A DNA stretch of 64,000 nucleotides from Desulfomonilia bacterium (GCA_049975365.1 JBNGDS010000002.1:5461-69460); one strand, 5' to 3'. Shown: positions 16,458 to 27,343, counted from the stretch's first letter. Made by a program: numbers and translations. Notes: generated by a model from the letters alone, not told the origin.

Positions 16458-17528
16458 TCACTGCTGAACCGCGACAAATGTCGAGGCGCGCTCTATGGAC
16501 ACGCCCTCTTGCTTGAGCCTGGGGAGTTCCTTCGTGAGCACCTCGATGGTGGTCGGATACGGGTGACAGATGCCGATGGCGCTGGAATAGAGCCTGGCGA
16601 TGGAGACCAGCTTTTTGAGCTGGGATCTGATATAGACATAGTCCTGCTCATTGTCCAGAAATACGTCCCGTGAAGTGAAGGGGATGTCGACCTGTGCGGC
16701 CAGCTCGCTGCAGATGGACCTTCCCGTAGTGAGGCTGTCGATGAAAAAGAGATTCCGCTTCTTGAGTTCCTGATAGACAGCCCCCATGATGACCTCGTCC
16801 TGGGTAACGACAGACCCCATGTGATTGTTTGCGCCAACCACATAGGGAACCGCCTTCAAATTCCCGACAACGATAGTCCCCACCTCTTCAGGGGTCATGC
16901 CCTTGAATACCGCCCCCGGTCCCGGATCCTTTCCGTTCCCCTCCATGGGAAGGTGGAGGAGAATCTCCCTGTCCCGGGAGTGAAGATACTTGGCAATCTT
17001 CTTTGAATGAGGCTGCTTGGGCAGTATTGAAAAGGTGAGGTCCGCGTCGATCGAACACAGCTGCCTGGCCACGTTGACATCCAATCCCAGGTCATCGACG
17101 ATGATGGCGATCCGGGCGAGTTTCTCGTGTGGCTTCCGGATAATGATCTCCCACGGGTTGCCGTGAAGGTACAGCTCGACACGGGAAGGATCGTGAATCT
17201 TGATTCTTGCCTGCTCCCCGAGCGGGCCGAAGGCTTCCAGGATCTCGATCTCCGAGAATTCCGCATAGGTCTCCACCTCGACGGTCCTCTCGGTGATGCG
17301 TGCCTGATCCTTTGCAATGCCCAGGTCGAAAAGGCACCCCTTGACAAGTGTCTCTTCAGACACGATCCCCTCCTGGACAGGCTGTGCGGAGGGCTTGCGT
17401 TCGTGAAAAACCTTTCCCACGAGCAGTGCCGCAACGAGGACAGCAAGGATACCACTCGTGAGGAAGAGGATCGTTCTGGTGCGTGTATACCTCATGCCGC
17501 CTGTTTCACCCGGTGGAACACCTCCCAT
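16458..17528 (-). CDS. Divergent polysaccharide deacetylase family protein (YibQ-like)
   Basis: 356 aa. N-terminal TM anchor, C-terminal domain with RIAIIVDDLG...LPMEG motifs typical of the YibQ/DUF610 family. Sits in an envelope operon downstream of ctpA. Confidence 0.7.
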   Translation of the reverse strand: MGGVPPGETGGMRYTRTRTILFLTSGILAVLVAALLVGKVFHERKPSAQPVQEGIVSEETLVKGCLFDLGIAKDQARITERTVEVETYAEFSEIEILEAFGPLGEQARIKIHDPSRVELYLHGNPWEIIIRKPHEKLARIAIIVDDLGLDVNVARQLCSIDADLTFSILPKQPHSKKIAKYLHSRDREILLHLPMEGNGKDPGPGAVFKGMTPEEVGTIVVGNLKAVPYVVGANNHMGSVVTQDEVIMGAVYQELKKRNLFFIDSLTTGRSICSELAAQVDIPFTSRDVFLDNEQDYVYIRSQLKKLVSIARLYSSAIGICHPYPTTIEVLTKELPRLKQEGVSIERASTFVAVQQ

Positions 17529-18778
17529 GACTTGAGCAGATCCAGACCATACTTGAGCTGGGTGTCTTTCTCCAGGAGTTCGTTTTCTGATGCGTCCGCC
17601 GGTTCCTGCATCTGTTCACCCTCCGGTTCGAGATGGAATTTGAGATCCTTCTCCCGGATGAATGTCTGCATGGGAGTTTCTTCCTTGGACGTGAGGGTCT
17701 GCTCTATCCATATGTCGGGGGAGATGCCAGTCGCCTGGATGGATCTCCCGAGGGGAGTATAGTACCGTGCCACGGTGATCTTCAGGGCCGAACCGTCACT
17801 CAAGGGGCGAATGGTCTGAACGGATGCCTTTCCGAAGCTCTTCACCCCGACGACGACTGCCCGCCTGTTGTCCTGAAGCGCCCCGGAGACTATTTCAGCA
17901 GCACTCGCGGTCCCTCCGTTGATGAGAACGACCATGGGGAAGTCTGTAAAGCTCCCGTCCGTGTGGGCGAAGTATTCGGTTCTCTCCTCCTCTGTCCTGC
18001 CGTCGGTGTAGACGATCTTCCCCTCGTCCAGGAAGAGATCGCTCACCTCGATGGCCTGTTCCAGCAGGCCGCCGGGATTGTAGCGGAGATCAAGAACGAG
18101 CCCCTTGATCTTGCCCATGTCACTGAGCGTATCCTTGACAGCTTCCGCGGTGTCTACCTGGAAATTTCGGACCTTGATGTACCCGTACCCCGGCTCGAGC
18201 ATCTGCGACTTCACGCTTTCGATGTGGATGATCGCCCTGGTAATGGTCACATCAAAGGGCTTTTCAGCGGATTCCCTCATGATGGTGATGGTCACCTCAG
18301 AGCCCTTGGGCCCTCTGAGGAGCTTGACCGCCTCCTCCAGCGTCATGTCCGCGGTGGTCGTATCGTTGATCTTGATAATCCGGTCACCCGGGAGGATGCC
18401 CGCCTTGAAGGCAGGAGTCCCCTCGATGGGAGTGATGACGGTCAGGAACCCGTCCCGTATGCCAATCTCGATCCCGAGCCCACCGAACGAGCCGGTGGTG
18501 CTGATCTGCATCTCTTTATAATCCTCCTTGCTCAGATACGTGGAATGTGGATCCAGGGCCGTGGTCATCCCTTTGATCGCCCCATCGATGAGGGTATCGG
18601 AAGGGATGTCCTCCACATAGTTCTTCTGGATGATATCGAGGCAGTCGATAAACTTCTGGAGTTCCGGGTATATGCTCGATGTGTCCGCCGTGAGCACCTT
18701 GGTGTAATTCAGAGATACGATCGCGATGAAAAACACGGTGACCCCTAGTGCCGTCATGTATGTCCTGCGTTTGTTCAT
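17492..18778 (-). CDS. ctpA: Carboxy-terminal processing protease (S41 family)
   Basis: 428 aa. Signal-anchor, PDZ domain, S41 catalytic region (GLVLDLRYNPGGLL, VLINGGTASAAEIVSGAL). Confidence 0.85.
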   Translation of the reverse strand: MNKRRTYMTALGVTVFFIAIVSLNYTKVLTADTSSIYPELQKFIDCLDIIQKNYVEDIPSDTLIDGAIKGMTTALDPHSTYLSKEDYKEMQISTTGSFGGLGIEIGIRDGFLTVITPIEGTPAFKAGILPGDRIIKINDTTTADMTLEEAVKLLRGPKGSEVTITIMRESAEKPFDVTITRAIIHIESVKSQMLEPGYGYIKVRNFQVDTAEAVKDTLSDMGKIKGLVLDLRYNPGGLLEQAIEVSDLFLDEGKIVYTDGRTEEERTEYFAHTDGSFTDFPMVVLINGGTASAAEIVSGALQDNRRAVVVGVKSFGKASVQTIRPLSDGSALKITVARYYTPLGRSIQATGISPDIWIEQTLTSKEETPMQTFIREKDLKFHLEPEGEQMQEPADASENELLEKDTQLKYGLDLLKSWEVFHRVKQAA

Positions 18779-18852
18779 TGGTCCCTCAAATGAGTCTGTA
18801 TGGATATTCTTATCGTTCTATAGCACAGATAACCTTACAGATGAAACTGCAA

Positions 18853-19902
18853 CTATTCCTGAAGGAGCCACATTCCGGGGTCCTGTGGCTTGTCGTGGAA
18901 ACGGATTTCGAAGTGCAGCATGGGCGAGGTGACATCTCCCGTCTGACCGACCACTCCAATGACCTCCCCATCTCCCACGTCCTGGCCCGGGGACCTGAGG
19001 GCCTCCTGGAGATGCCCGTACACGGAATAATACCCTTCCCCATGATCGAGGATCATGGTGTTCCCAAACTTGTTGATCCAGTTGTAGAAGACGACCTTCC
19101 CCTTGTAGACACTCAGTACCGGTGAACCTTCGGCTACCTGGATGTCGATCCCGTTGGAGATCTGGGCAAACCCGTTTTCCGTGTATCTGCCGAAGCCCCT
19201 GAGAACCGTGCCATTGACAGGCCAAGGAAGGGCACCCTTCTTCAAGAAGATTCCGGTAGTCCGTTCCATGCTGCGTTCCTTGAGCCTTTCCAGAAGCTTC
19301 TTCATCTCTTCAGAATATGTCCGCGATTCCCGGCTCAGGGAAGCGAGGATTCGTTCTTTTTTCTCCCGCTGGGCATGATGTGAGTAGATTTTCGCCTCGA
19401 GATCCTTGAGGCTCTGCTTGTGGGTTTTCATCGCGCGGTCAAGGCGGTCTTTCGCCTCCAGGAGTTGGGTTTCAATCTCCCTGACCTTCTCCAGTTCACC
19501 GAGATTGTACCTCATGATGGCGTGAACGTATCCCGAGTACTCTGAACGGGAGAGCGTGATGTTCACCATATCGATGAATGCCCCCTTGTACAGGCCGACC
19601 CATATCTCATTCATGCGCTGACGCGAGTGTGCGAGCCTTTCCTGGAGATCTTCGATTTTTTTCTCATAGGCGCGAATATCGGTGGTGGTCCGTTCTATCT
19701 CGACCCTCACTTTCCTGATCTCGTGCTGGAGAGATGAAATCTTCCTGTCTATGGCCTGTACCGCCTTCTCCTCCGCAGAGCGTTTTGATTCCACGGCCTG
19801 AATCTTTGCTTCGAGATCCTTGACCAGCGTGGAATCATCGGCCCACGCCGCAAACACGGGAAGGAGGCTGATGACCATGACATTCCGGATGACCCTACGC
19901 AT
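18853..19902 (-). CDS. envC: Murein hydrolase activator EnvC-like (coiled coil + M23 peptidase domain)
   Basis: 349 aa. Signal peptide, long N-terminal coiled coil, C-terminal LytM/M23 domain (LDHGEGYYSVYGHL...GQTGDVTSPMLHFEIR). Confidence 0.8.
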   Translation of the reverse strand: MRRVIRNVMVISLLPVFAAWADDSTLVKDLEAKIQAVESKRSAEEKAVQAIDRKISSLQHEIRKVRVEIERTTTDIRAYEKKIEDLQERLAHSRQRMNEIWVGLYKGAFIDMVNITLSRSEYSGYVHAIMRYNLGELEKVREIETQLLEAKDRLDRAMKTHKQSLKDLEAKIYSHHAQREKKERILASLSRESRTYSEEMKKLLERLKERSMERTTGIFLKKGALPWPVNGTVLRGFGRYTENGFAQISNGIDIQVAEGSPVLSVYKGKVVFYNWINKFGNTMILDHGEGYYSVYGHLQEALRSPGQDVGDGEVIGVVGQTGDVTSPMLHFEIRFHDKPQDPGMWLLQE

Positions 19903-20761
19903 AGATGCTCCTGCGCACTGCGAGAACAGCCCCGGTCAGGCTGCACAAAGAGGCGAAACAGACAACCGCGATGACATGAAACGCCGAGAGTGCCGGAATC
20001 AGCTCCGTGCTGAGGGGGAACCGTGTGTGCAGTGAGGAAATGCACAGCCATACCGTTCCCAGGGCTAGTGCAGATCCTATCAGTGCGTGCATCCCGGCCT
20101 CGAGGAGGTACGGTGTGTAGAGATAGCTGAACCCGGCCCCCAAAATCGTGAGCACCTCGATCTCCCGGTGCCTGGAGACGATCCCCACCCGGATGGAGAG
20201 GAAGATCACCAGGCTCAGGCATGTGATGACCACACAGGCGGTCAAGCCCCCGAAAAAGAAGATGGTCCGGTATGCCCCTGCAATAGAACCCAGAATGCCG
20301 CTGTGAAAGTGAACATCACTGATTCCGGGGATCTCCTTGACCCGGGTTGCAATCCGGTCAATCTCCCCTTCGACCTGCGGTTTGACTCTGATCTCCAGGG
20401 CATTGGGCAGTATTGACGCCTCCACGTCATCGGTCAGCGGACTTCCGGTCCCCAGCCATTCACGAATCCTCTGCAGTCCTTCTTCCCGGGGAATATACGT
20501 GACCTTCGTAATCTCAGGCATGCCACTGATCGTCTGCCCGATATGGACACCTTCTTCCGGTTCCACTGAATCAGCGAGATACGCGACCATGGAACCCGTG
20601 GTCCCTGGAAGGAGGGTCGTCCTTCTGGCAATGTCCATCGCATAGATCACCAGCAGGAGCTGGGTAAGGGCGAACCAGCATGCAATGAGGGTGAGCATGC
20701 TCCCCCATGGCCGCAGCGAGAGGCCTCTGCCGATCAGAGAGAAGGTATGCATGATCCTCAT
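19895..20761 (-). CDS. ftsX: Cell division ABC transporter permease FtsX
   Basis: 288 aa with 4 TM helices, a periplasmic loop between TM1 and TM2, and FtsX-like C-terminal TMs. Immediately downstream of ftsE. Confidence 0.8.
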   Translation of the reverse strand: MRIMHTFSLIGRGLSLRPWGSMLTLIACWFALTQLLLVIYAMDIARRTTLLPGTTGSMVAYLADSVEPEEGVHIGQTISGMPEITKVTYIPREEGLQRIREWLGTGSPLTDDVEASILPNALEIRVKPQVEGEIDRIATRVKEIPGISDVHFHSGILGSIAGAYRTIFFFGGLTACVVITCLSLVIFLSIRVGIVSRHREIEVLTILGAGFSYLYTPYLLEAGMHALIGSALALGTVWLCISSLHTRFPLSTELIPALSAFHVIAVVCFASLCSLTGAVLAVRRSIYA

Positions 20762-21426
20762 CCCTCGCCTCCCGCTTCCTCGATAAGGGACCCCCTGTCC
20801 AGGTGTACGACCCGTGCGTACTCCAGGAGAGGATCTTCCTTGTGGCTGGCAAGGACAATCGTCATGCCTTTCTTGTGAAGCTTGAAGAACATGTTCATCA
20901 TGTACCTGGTCAACTCTTCATCCAGGCTTCCGAACGGTTCATCGGCCAGGAGGATATCCGGGTCGTGAATCATTGCCCTGACCAAAGCGAGACGCTGTCG
21001 CTCTCCCCCGGATAAATCACCTGCACGTTCATAGACCTTGTGCTGGAGACCTACCCACTTGAGCAGTCTCCAGACACGGCTGCGGACATACACGTGAGAC
21101 TTTCCCAGAATCTCGAGAATGATGGCGGCATTGCTGTACACTGTCCAGTCATCGATGAGCCGGTAATCCTGAAAGATGAATCCCGTGTGTCGTCGGATCG
21201 CCTGCAGGCTGGGCCTGTCAAGGGATTGAATGTTCCGGTCATGAATATACACCGATCCCTGCGTCGGTTGCTCCATGCCGAAGATCAGCTTGAGAAGGGT
21301 GCTCTTTCCCGCCCCGGAAGGTCCGAGAACAAAGCAGAACTCTCCTTTTTCTATACGCAGTGAAACATCCCTCAGGGCGTATACCGTATCGTGATAGACC
21401 TTTGTTACGTTCTCGAGAAGTATCAT
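20758..21426 (-). CDS. ftsE: Cell division ATP-binding protein FtsE
   Basis: 222 aa ABC ATPase with Walker A GPSGAGKST, signature LSGGERQR and Walker B ILLADEP. Confidence 0.9.
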   Translation of the reverse strand: MILLENVTKVYHDTVYALRDVSLRIEKGEFCFVLGPSGAGKSTLLKLIFGMEQPTQGSVYIHDRNIQSLDRPSLQAIRRHTGFIFQDYRLIDDWTVYSNAAIILEILGKSHVYVRSRVWRLLKWVGLQHKVYERAGDLSGGERQRLALVRAMIHDPDILLADEPFGSLDEELTRYMMNMFFKLHKKGMTIVLASHKEDPLLEYARVVHLDRGSLIEEAGGEG

Positions 21427-21587
21427 GTCCGTCCACAGTCACATGTCAGGAGGGGTTGCTTCCCTGAACACTCACCAGGATCCCTCTGGCGCCCTGTAAT
21501 CTGGAATCTCTGATACATACAGCAGGAGGAGGGCCCTGTTCTCACCGGGGAAGTTGTCATCAGTGAGAACCCTCATCCCGCACGAGC

Positions 21588-22061
21588 TTACAAGAATCGT
21601 GATTTGATCGACATGAGCAGATCAATGTCTGCGGAAATGTAGTCAATGTTCCGTGCCAGGGCTGGATTGTCCTCGCACAGCGCTGCACAGTCGACCATAA
21701 GCTGCTGGAGTTCCGAGACCTCACGATCAATGAGCGAGAGGATCCTGGATACATGAATCTCATCCAGCTGTATGCTCTCCTCGCCCTGAATCATGTCTTT
21801 TTCTGAACCCTTGGTCCTCGTCTCCTGGACGATCGTACCGAGAAGTTCATCCGGACTCACATCAAGGGCTCCTGCAAGCTTTGAAATCACTTTCCTGCTC
21901 GGCCTCTTCGGTGGAGTGGCCTCATACAGGGAAATGGTCTTTGCAGAAACCCCGCTCATTGAGGCCAGTTTTCCCATGGTCAACCGCCTGGATTTGCGTA
22001 ACTCCCTCAAGGTCTTCACGTAAAAACCTCCCATCGCATCCGTATTCTGTTCCGGTGTCAC
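21588..22061 (-). CDS. XRE-family HTH transcriptional regulator with an ~80-aa C-terminal domain
   Basis: HTH_3-like segment LRELRKSRRLTMGKLASMSGVSAKTISLYE. Divergent from flhB. Confidence 0.6.
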   Translation of the reverse strand: MTPEQNTDAMGGFYVKTLRELRKSRRLTMGKLASMSGVSAKTISLYEATPPKRPSRKVISKLAGALDVSPDELLGTIVQETRTKGSEKDMIQGEESIQLDEIHVSRILSLIDREVSELQQLMVDCAALCEDNPALARNIDYISADIDLLMSIKSRFL

Positions 22062-22234
22062 CCTCTGCTGATACTATGTTACACAAAATTCCTGTCATGT
22101 ATAGTTCAAAAAACCGCTAAAACCCGCTCTCTTCCAGGCTGTTCTGCATACTTCACGTGTCCTTTGGCAGGCACTAGGGGACGTTTTCCCCCAGGGCACG
22201 TATCAGCTGGTACGATTTTCGCAAAACAGACCGC

Positions 22235-23311
22235 ATGGCAAAGGAGAACGAGAACGGCCAGGAACGTACCGAACAACCTACCGGGAAACGAATCCAGGAC
22301 TCGCGAGAAAAGGGGCAGGTATGTAAGAGCAACGAGGTTTCCACCTCGCTCCTGTTCCTCGGGAGCCTGCTGTGCTTCTACTTCTACATCCCCTCCGTCG
22401 CCTCAAAACTCGGCGCTATCGTGACATCATACCTGAACAACACCACGATGTGGGATGGGTCCAGAGACGGCCTCGTGTCCATCTTCCAGAAGGGTGTTCT
22501 CGAACTCGCCGTACTCGTCCTGCCCATCCTGGTCGTCTTCCTCGTCATCGGTCTTGCGTCAAATTTCATACAGATCGGGTTTGTCATCAGCGGTGAACCC
22601 ATAAAACCAAAACTCTCGAAGTTGAACCCTCTCAAGGGCTTCAAGAACAAGTTCTTCTCCCTGAGAGGCCTGGAAATGCTCATCAAAACGCTTGTCATCC
22701 TCCTCGTCATCGTGTGGGTCTCGTACCGGGCCATCAAAAGGGAGCTGCCGGTATTCCCTCCCCTCATCGATTGCGACGTAGGCGTCATTGTTTTGACATA
22801 TTTTCGCTCCATTCTCACGCTGTTGTGGGATGTCCTGTGGATCTTTGTCATCATCGCCATCGCGGACTATACGTTTCAGAAATGGCACTATAAACAAGAT
22901 CTCATGATGACGAAGCAGGAAATCAAGGATGAATTCAAACATATCGAGGGAAACCCCCTCATAAAGAGCAGAATCCGCTCAATTCAGCTTCACATGGCCA
23001 GGAGACGGATGATGAGGGAGGTGCCCAAGGCCGATGTGGTCATCACCAACCCAACCCATGTGGCAGTGGCCTTGCAATACGAACGGGGCAAGATGATCGC
23101 CCCGGTTGTCGTGGCAAAAGGAGCAGGTTTCGTGGCAGAAAAAATCAAGGATATCGCCCGGTCTTCTTCCGTACCCCTTGTGGAGAACAAGCCACTGGCT
23201 CGCGCGCTCTTTGCGGGAGTCGACATCGGGGCGAGTATCCCGGAGCAGTGGTACAAGGCCGTGGCCGAGATCCTCGCATACGTCTACCGCCTCAAGTCAG
23301 GAGTGCACTAA
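22235..23311 (+). CDS. flhB: Flagellar biosynthesis protein FlhB
   Basis: 358 aa. N-terminal EQPTGKRIQDSREKGQV motif, 4 TM helices, NPTH autocleavage site (VITNPTHVAVAL). Confidence 0.9.
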   Translation: MAKENENGQERTEQPTGKRIQDSREKGQVCKSNEVSTSLLFLGSLLCFYFYIPSVASKLGAIVTSYLNNTTMWDGSRDGLVSIFQKGVLELAVLVLPILVVFLVIGLASNFIQIGFVISGEPIKPKLSKLNPLKGFKNKFFSLRGLEMLIKTLVILLVIVWVSYRAIKRELPVFPPLIDCDVGVIVLTYFRSILTLLWDVLWIFVIIAIADYTFQKWHYKQDLMMTKQEIKDEFKHIEGNPLIKSRIRSIQLHMARRRMMREVPKADVVITNPTHVAVALQYERGKMIAPVVVAKGAGFVAEKIKDIARSSSVPLVENKPLARALFAGVDIGASIPEQWYKAVAEILAYVYRLKSGVH

Positions 23312-25381
23312 ATGGAGCAAAAACTGCCAGTCTCACTGTCTTTCTCCCGGCATATCGCCAGCGACCTCTTCATGGCATGCGGGGTTCTCGTTGTCCTCTT
23401 CATTGTCCTGGTTCCGCTCCCGACCTTTATCCTCGATATCCTGTTGACCTTCAGCATCACCATCGGGGTCATCATTCTCATGGTGAGCATGTACACCACC
23501 AACCCGTTGAATTTCTCAGTTTTCCCTTCTCTCCTTCTCGTGGTTACACTCTACCGCCTTGCACTCAATATCGCGTCCACCAGGATCATTCTCCTCCACG
23601 GATCAGAGGGGGAACTCGCAGCAGGACGGGTCATCAACACCTTTGGCCAGTTCGTGGTGGGCGGCAGCTATGTTGTAGGTCTCGTCGTCTTCTCGATCTT
23701 CGTACTGATCAACTTCGTGGTCATCACCAAGGGTGCAACCCGCATCGGTGAGGTCACGGCCAGGTTCACCCTCGATGCCATGCCGGGGAAACAGATGGCG
23801 ATCGATGCAGACCTGAATGCCGGGATGATCACCGAGGACGAAGCACGCAGGAGGAGGGAACACATCGGTCGGGAGGCTGAATTCTACGGCGCGATGGACG
23901 GTGCCACAAAGTTCGTCAGGGGAGATGCCATTGCCGGGATCGTCATCACCTTCATCAATATCATCGGCGGGATCGTCATCGGGGTCCTGCAGAACGACAT
24001 GGCATTCAAAGACGCACTGACCACCTATACCACCCTGACCATTGGAGACGGTCTCGTATCTCAGATCCCGGCGCTCATCATATCCTCTGCAGCCGGCATC
24101 GTTGTGACCCAGTCCGCGGCAGACAAGTCCATCGGGAAACAGCTCTCCGAACAGCTCTCGTTCCAGCCCATGGCCCTGTTCACCGCTGCGGTGATCATAT
24201 TCAGCTTCGGGCTGGTACCAGGAATGCCGCATTTCGCATTCCTGACCATTGCCCTCCTCATGGGAACGGTTGGATGGATCAGCCTCAGATTCAAGCAGGA
24301 GGAGGAAGAGGAAGAGCAGCCGGAGGTGAGAGATGATGTATCGCCCGAGGCCCTTCTTCCGGTGGACATCCTCGAGTTCGAGGTCGGGTATGCCCTCATA
24401 CCCCTGGTCGATGCATCACAAGGAGGGGAACTGCTCACACGGATCAAAGGGATGAGGAGATCAGTGGCCGCTGAACTGGGGATCATCGTACCCCCCATCC
24501 ACGTGCGCGATAATCTTGAGCTCAAGCCAAACGAGTACAAGCTCATGCTCAAGGGCTCAGAGATCGCCCGTTCAGAGGCAATGGCCGACAGGCTCCTGGT
24601 GCTGAACCCAGAGGAAGTGGAGACGGATATCCCGGGTATCCCTGTCAAAGAACCTGCTTTCGGACTCCCGGCGCTCTGGATCAAGAAGGCGGACAGCGAA
24701 CGGGCGCAGCTTGCCGGTCTGACCGTGGTGGACAGCGCCACCGTGATCGCTACACACCTTACCGAGGCCATCAAGAAGAATGCCCATGATCTCCTGGGGA
24801 GACAGGAACTCCAGTCCATCCTGGATACGGTGTCAAAAACCCATCCCAAGGTAATCGAAGAACTCATTCCGGGGATACTTCCCGCAGGTGTCGTACTCCG
24901 TGTCCTGAGGAATCTCCTCAAGGAAAAGGTCTCCATCAAGAACATTTTGACTATCATGGAAACCCTGGCGGATTTCGGTCCCATGACAAAGGATCCGGAT
25001 ATTTTGACGGAGTATGTCAGACAAGCCCTCATGCGTGTGATCAGCACACCGTTCATCCAGAACAGCTCGATCTCCGTACTGGCTCTGGACCCTTCTCTGG
25101 ACGGCCTCATCTCGAACTCGATCCAGCACACGGAGCATGGTTCGTATCTTGCATTAGATCCGGACAAATCCCAGAAGATACTGATGACATTGAACAAGGA
25201 GGTAAACAGCGTGGGCAAGCAAGGAATGGTTCCCATCCTGCTCACATCACCGGTCAGCAGATCATACGTCAAACGGCTTTCCGAACGGTACATGCCCGAG
25301 CTCGTGGTGCTCTCGCACAATGAGATACCTCCCGAGGTGACCATTAAGAATATGGGGATGGTGAGAATCGATGCAAATTAG
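23312..25381 (+). CDS. flhA: Flagellar biosynthesis protein FlhA
   Basis: 689 aa with an N-terminal 8-TM domain and a cytoplasmic FHIPEP domain (FVRGDAIAGIVIT, GDGLVSQIPALIISSAAG). Confidence 0.9.
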   Translation: MEQKLPVSLSFSRHIASDLFMACGVLVVLFIVLVPLPTFILDILLTFSITIGVIILMVSMYTTNPLNFSVFPSLLLVVTLYRLALNIASTRIILLHGSEGELAAGRVINTFGQFVVGGSYVVGLVVFSIFVLINFVVITKGATRIGEVTARFTLDAMPGKQMAIDADLNAGMITEDEARRRREHIGREAEFYGAMDGATKFVRGDAIAGIVITFINIIGGIVIGVLQNDMAFKDALTTYTTLTIGDGLVSQIPALIISSAAGIVVTQSAADKSIGKQLSEQLSFQPMALFTAAVIIFSFGLVPGMPHFAFLTIALLMGTVGWISLRFKQEEEEEEQPEVRDDVSPEALLPVDILEFEVGYALIPLVDASQGGELLTRIKGMRRSVAAELGIIVPPIHVRDNLELKPNEYKLMLKGSEIARSEAMADRLLVLNPEEVETDIPGIPVKEPAFGLPALWIKKADSERAQLAGLTVVDSATVIATHLTEAIKKNAHDLLGRQELQSILDTVSKTHPKVIEELIPGILPAGVVLRVLRNLLKEKVSIKNILTIMETLADFGPMTKDPDILTEYVRQALMRVISTPFIQNSSISVLALDPSLDGLISNSIQHTEHGSYLALDPDKSQKILMTLNKEVNSVGKQGMVPILLTSPVSRSYVKRLSERYMPELVVLSHNEIPPEVTIKNMGMVRIDAN

Positions 25382-26444
25382 GACCTACACCGCAGCCTCC
25401 ATGAAAGATGCCCTCTCTCAGGTCAAGACCGAGTTGGGAAGCGATGCCGTCATCATCTCTACCAGAGAGGTTTCTGACGGGAGTTACGGCATATTGACGA
25501 AGCCGATGATTGAAGTGGTCGCAGCGATCGATTACGACGCCGGCCTCTACAAAACGCATATCAGACCTCTCAGACCGACACCGGTCCTTTCCGCAGAGAT
25601 GCCCACTCCCACCACCGGGGGAGCACCTCCGGGCGGGATCTCAGACGAGATCATCGAACTGAAGAAGATGATGAAGGAACTCATTGCCCACACAGGGGCC
25701 AAGAGACACCATGATAACCCTCTCAGAGAGCGGCTCCTCTCCCGGGGTATCCGGGCAAATCTCGTCGACCTCCTCTTGAGCAAGCTCGGCGAAAAATCTG
25801 ATGTCACATCCATCAGGGAACTCCTCACACAGCTCATCCGTACCGCGGATGCACCGGATGATACAGTCTGGGCATTTCTCGGAACGACCGGGGTGGGCAA
25901 GACGACGTCCATTGCAAAGATCGCTGCAACCTCTGTGCTCAATGAGGGGAAACGGGTTGCCCTCATCACCCTGGACACCTACCGCATCGGGGCAGTGGAC
26001 CAGGCTCGCACCTACGCCAAGATTCTGAATATCCCGTTCATCTCCGTGACCACTGCATCAGAATTCAAAGATGCACTCTCCCACTTGAGGAGTATGGACA
26101 GGATCCTGGTGGACACCATGGGCAGATCACCATTCTGCGATGACTACATCCTGCAGCTCAAGGGGTATTTCGAGGGAGTCGATGCATGCAGGTTTCTCCT
26201 CATGCCGGTGGCAACCCGGGACAGGGAGATGGACAGCATCACCAAGAGCTTTTCGAAGCTTGACATCAGAAGCATGATATTCACCAAGGCCGACGAGGCG
26301 AGCTCGTTCGGGTCGATGATCACACACAATCTTCTCTTCCGGACACCTATATCCTACATCACCACCGGCCAGCGGGTCCCGGAGGATATCGAGCCGGCAA
26401 CAGCCTCCACGATCGTTGAGCTGTGCCTCGGAGACATGACATGA
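25371..26444 (+). CDS. flhF: Flagellar biosynthesis GTPase FlhF (SRP-type)
   Basis: 357 aa. SRP54-type GTPase motifs (FLGTTGVGKTTSIAKIA, VDTMGR, TKADE). Confidence 0.85.
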   Translation: MQIRTYTAASMKDALSQVKTELGSDAVIISTREVSDGSYGILTKPMIEVVAAIDYDAGLYKTHIRPLRPTPVLSAEMPTPTTGGAPPGGISDEIIELKKMMKELIAHTGAKRHHDNPLRERLLSRGIRANLVDLLLSKLGEKSDVTSIRELLTQLIRTADAPDDTVWAFLGTTGVGKTTSIAKIAATSVLNEGKRVALITLDTYRIGAVDQARTYAKILNIPFISVTTASEFKDALSHLRSMDRILVDTMGRSPFCDDYILQLKGYFEGVDACRFLLMPVATRDREMDSITKSFSKLDIRSMIFTKADEASSFGSMITHNLLFRTPISYITTGQRVPEDIEPATASTIVELCLGDMT

Positions 26445-27343
26445 AAGATCAGGCACACACCTTGAGAAAACTGTTCGAGCAGGGAAAAGATCCGATCCAG
26501 ACCCAGGTCCTGTCCGTGACATCCGGAAAAGGCGGAGTCGGGAAAACCACCATCGTGGTCAACATGGCAGTCATCATGGCCAGGAAAGGGAAAAAAGTCC
26601 TGGTCCTCGACGCCGACCTGGGGCTTGCGAATGTCGACGTGATGTTGGGCCTGACCCCGAAACGCACCATCAAGCACGTCCTCGACGGTCAGTGCCTGCT
26701 CGAAGACATCATCCTGGAAGGCCCCGAGGGCATACTGATCATCCCGGCATCATCGGGGATCCAGGAACTCGTCGACCTGACTCCCGAACAGCAGCTCTGT
26801 CTGGTGAATTCCCTGGACTACTTCGATACCGATATCGACTACATGATCATCGATACCGGGGCAGGCATATCCAAGAACGTTATGTACTTCAATGCCGCTG
26901 CCCAGCGTGTGATCGTGGTCGTCAACTCCGAGCCCACGGCCATCACGGACGCATACGCGCTCATCAAGGTTCTCAGAAGGAAATATGGGGTGAGACGGTT
27001 TGACCTCATCATAAATACCGTCAGATCAAAGCTGGAGGGAGATCAGGTGGCGGAAAAACTATCTATGGTATGTGAGAGGTTTTTGGGGGATGTAGCCCTG
27101 GAGATGCTCGGGTCGATTCCATATGACGACACCATCACCGAGTGCATCAAAGGGCAGAAGGCAGTTGTCGGGGTCAACCCGACCGGGGAAACGTCCAGGA
27201 GACTCGGCCGCATTGTGACGCGCCTGGATAAGAGCTCACGCCTTCAGACGAACGGGAATCTCCAGTTCTTCCTGAGAAGAATGCTGGTCAATCACGTGAA
27301 AGGGTCGAATTATGCAGGACATCGCATACACGGAACTTACTGA
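26423..27343 (+). CDS. flhG: Flagellar number regulator FlhG/FleN (MinD-like ATPase)
   Basis: 306 aa with deviant Walker A SGKGGVGKTT and a MinD-like fold. Follows flhF. Confidence 0.85.
   Translation: MPRRHDMKDQAHTLRKLFEQGKDPIQTQVLSVTSGKGGVGKTTIVVNMAVIMARKGKKVLVLDADLGLANVDVMLGLTPKRTIKHVLDGQCLLEDIILEGPEGILIIPASSGIQELVDLTPEQQLCLVNSLDYFDTDIDYMIIDTGAGISKNVMYFNAAAQRVIVVVNSEPTAITDAYALIKVLRRKYGVRRFDLIINTVRSKLEGDQVAEKLSMVCERFLGDVALEMLGSIPYDDTITECIKGQKAVVGVNPTGETSRRLGRIVTRLDKSSRLQTNGNLQFFLRRMLVNHVKGSNYAGHRIHGTY

Noticed and set aside
22208-22222. Possible sigma-54 promoter TGGTACGATTTTCGC upstream of flhB
   Set aside because: The -12 element is TCGC rather than TTGC, and it ends only about 12 nt before the flhB ATG. 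This leaves no room for a TSS plus leader, so it is probably fortuitous.
23603-25344. Long antisense ORFs (209 aa and 427 aa) inside flhA
   Set aside because: They lie entirely within the strongly supported flhA gene on the opposite strand. They are Ser/Arg/Gly-rich with low complexity and are GC-frame artefacts.
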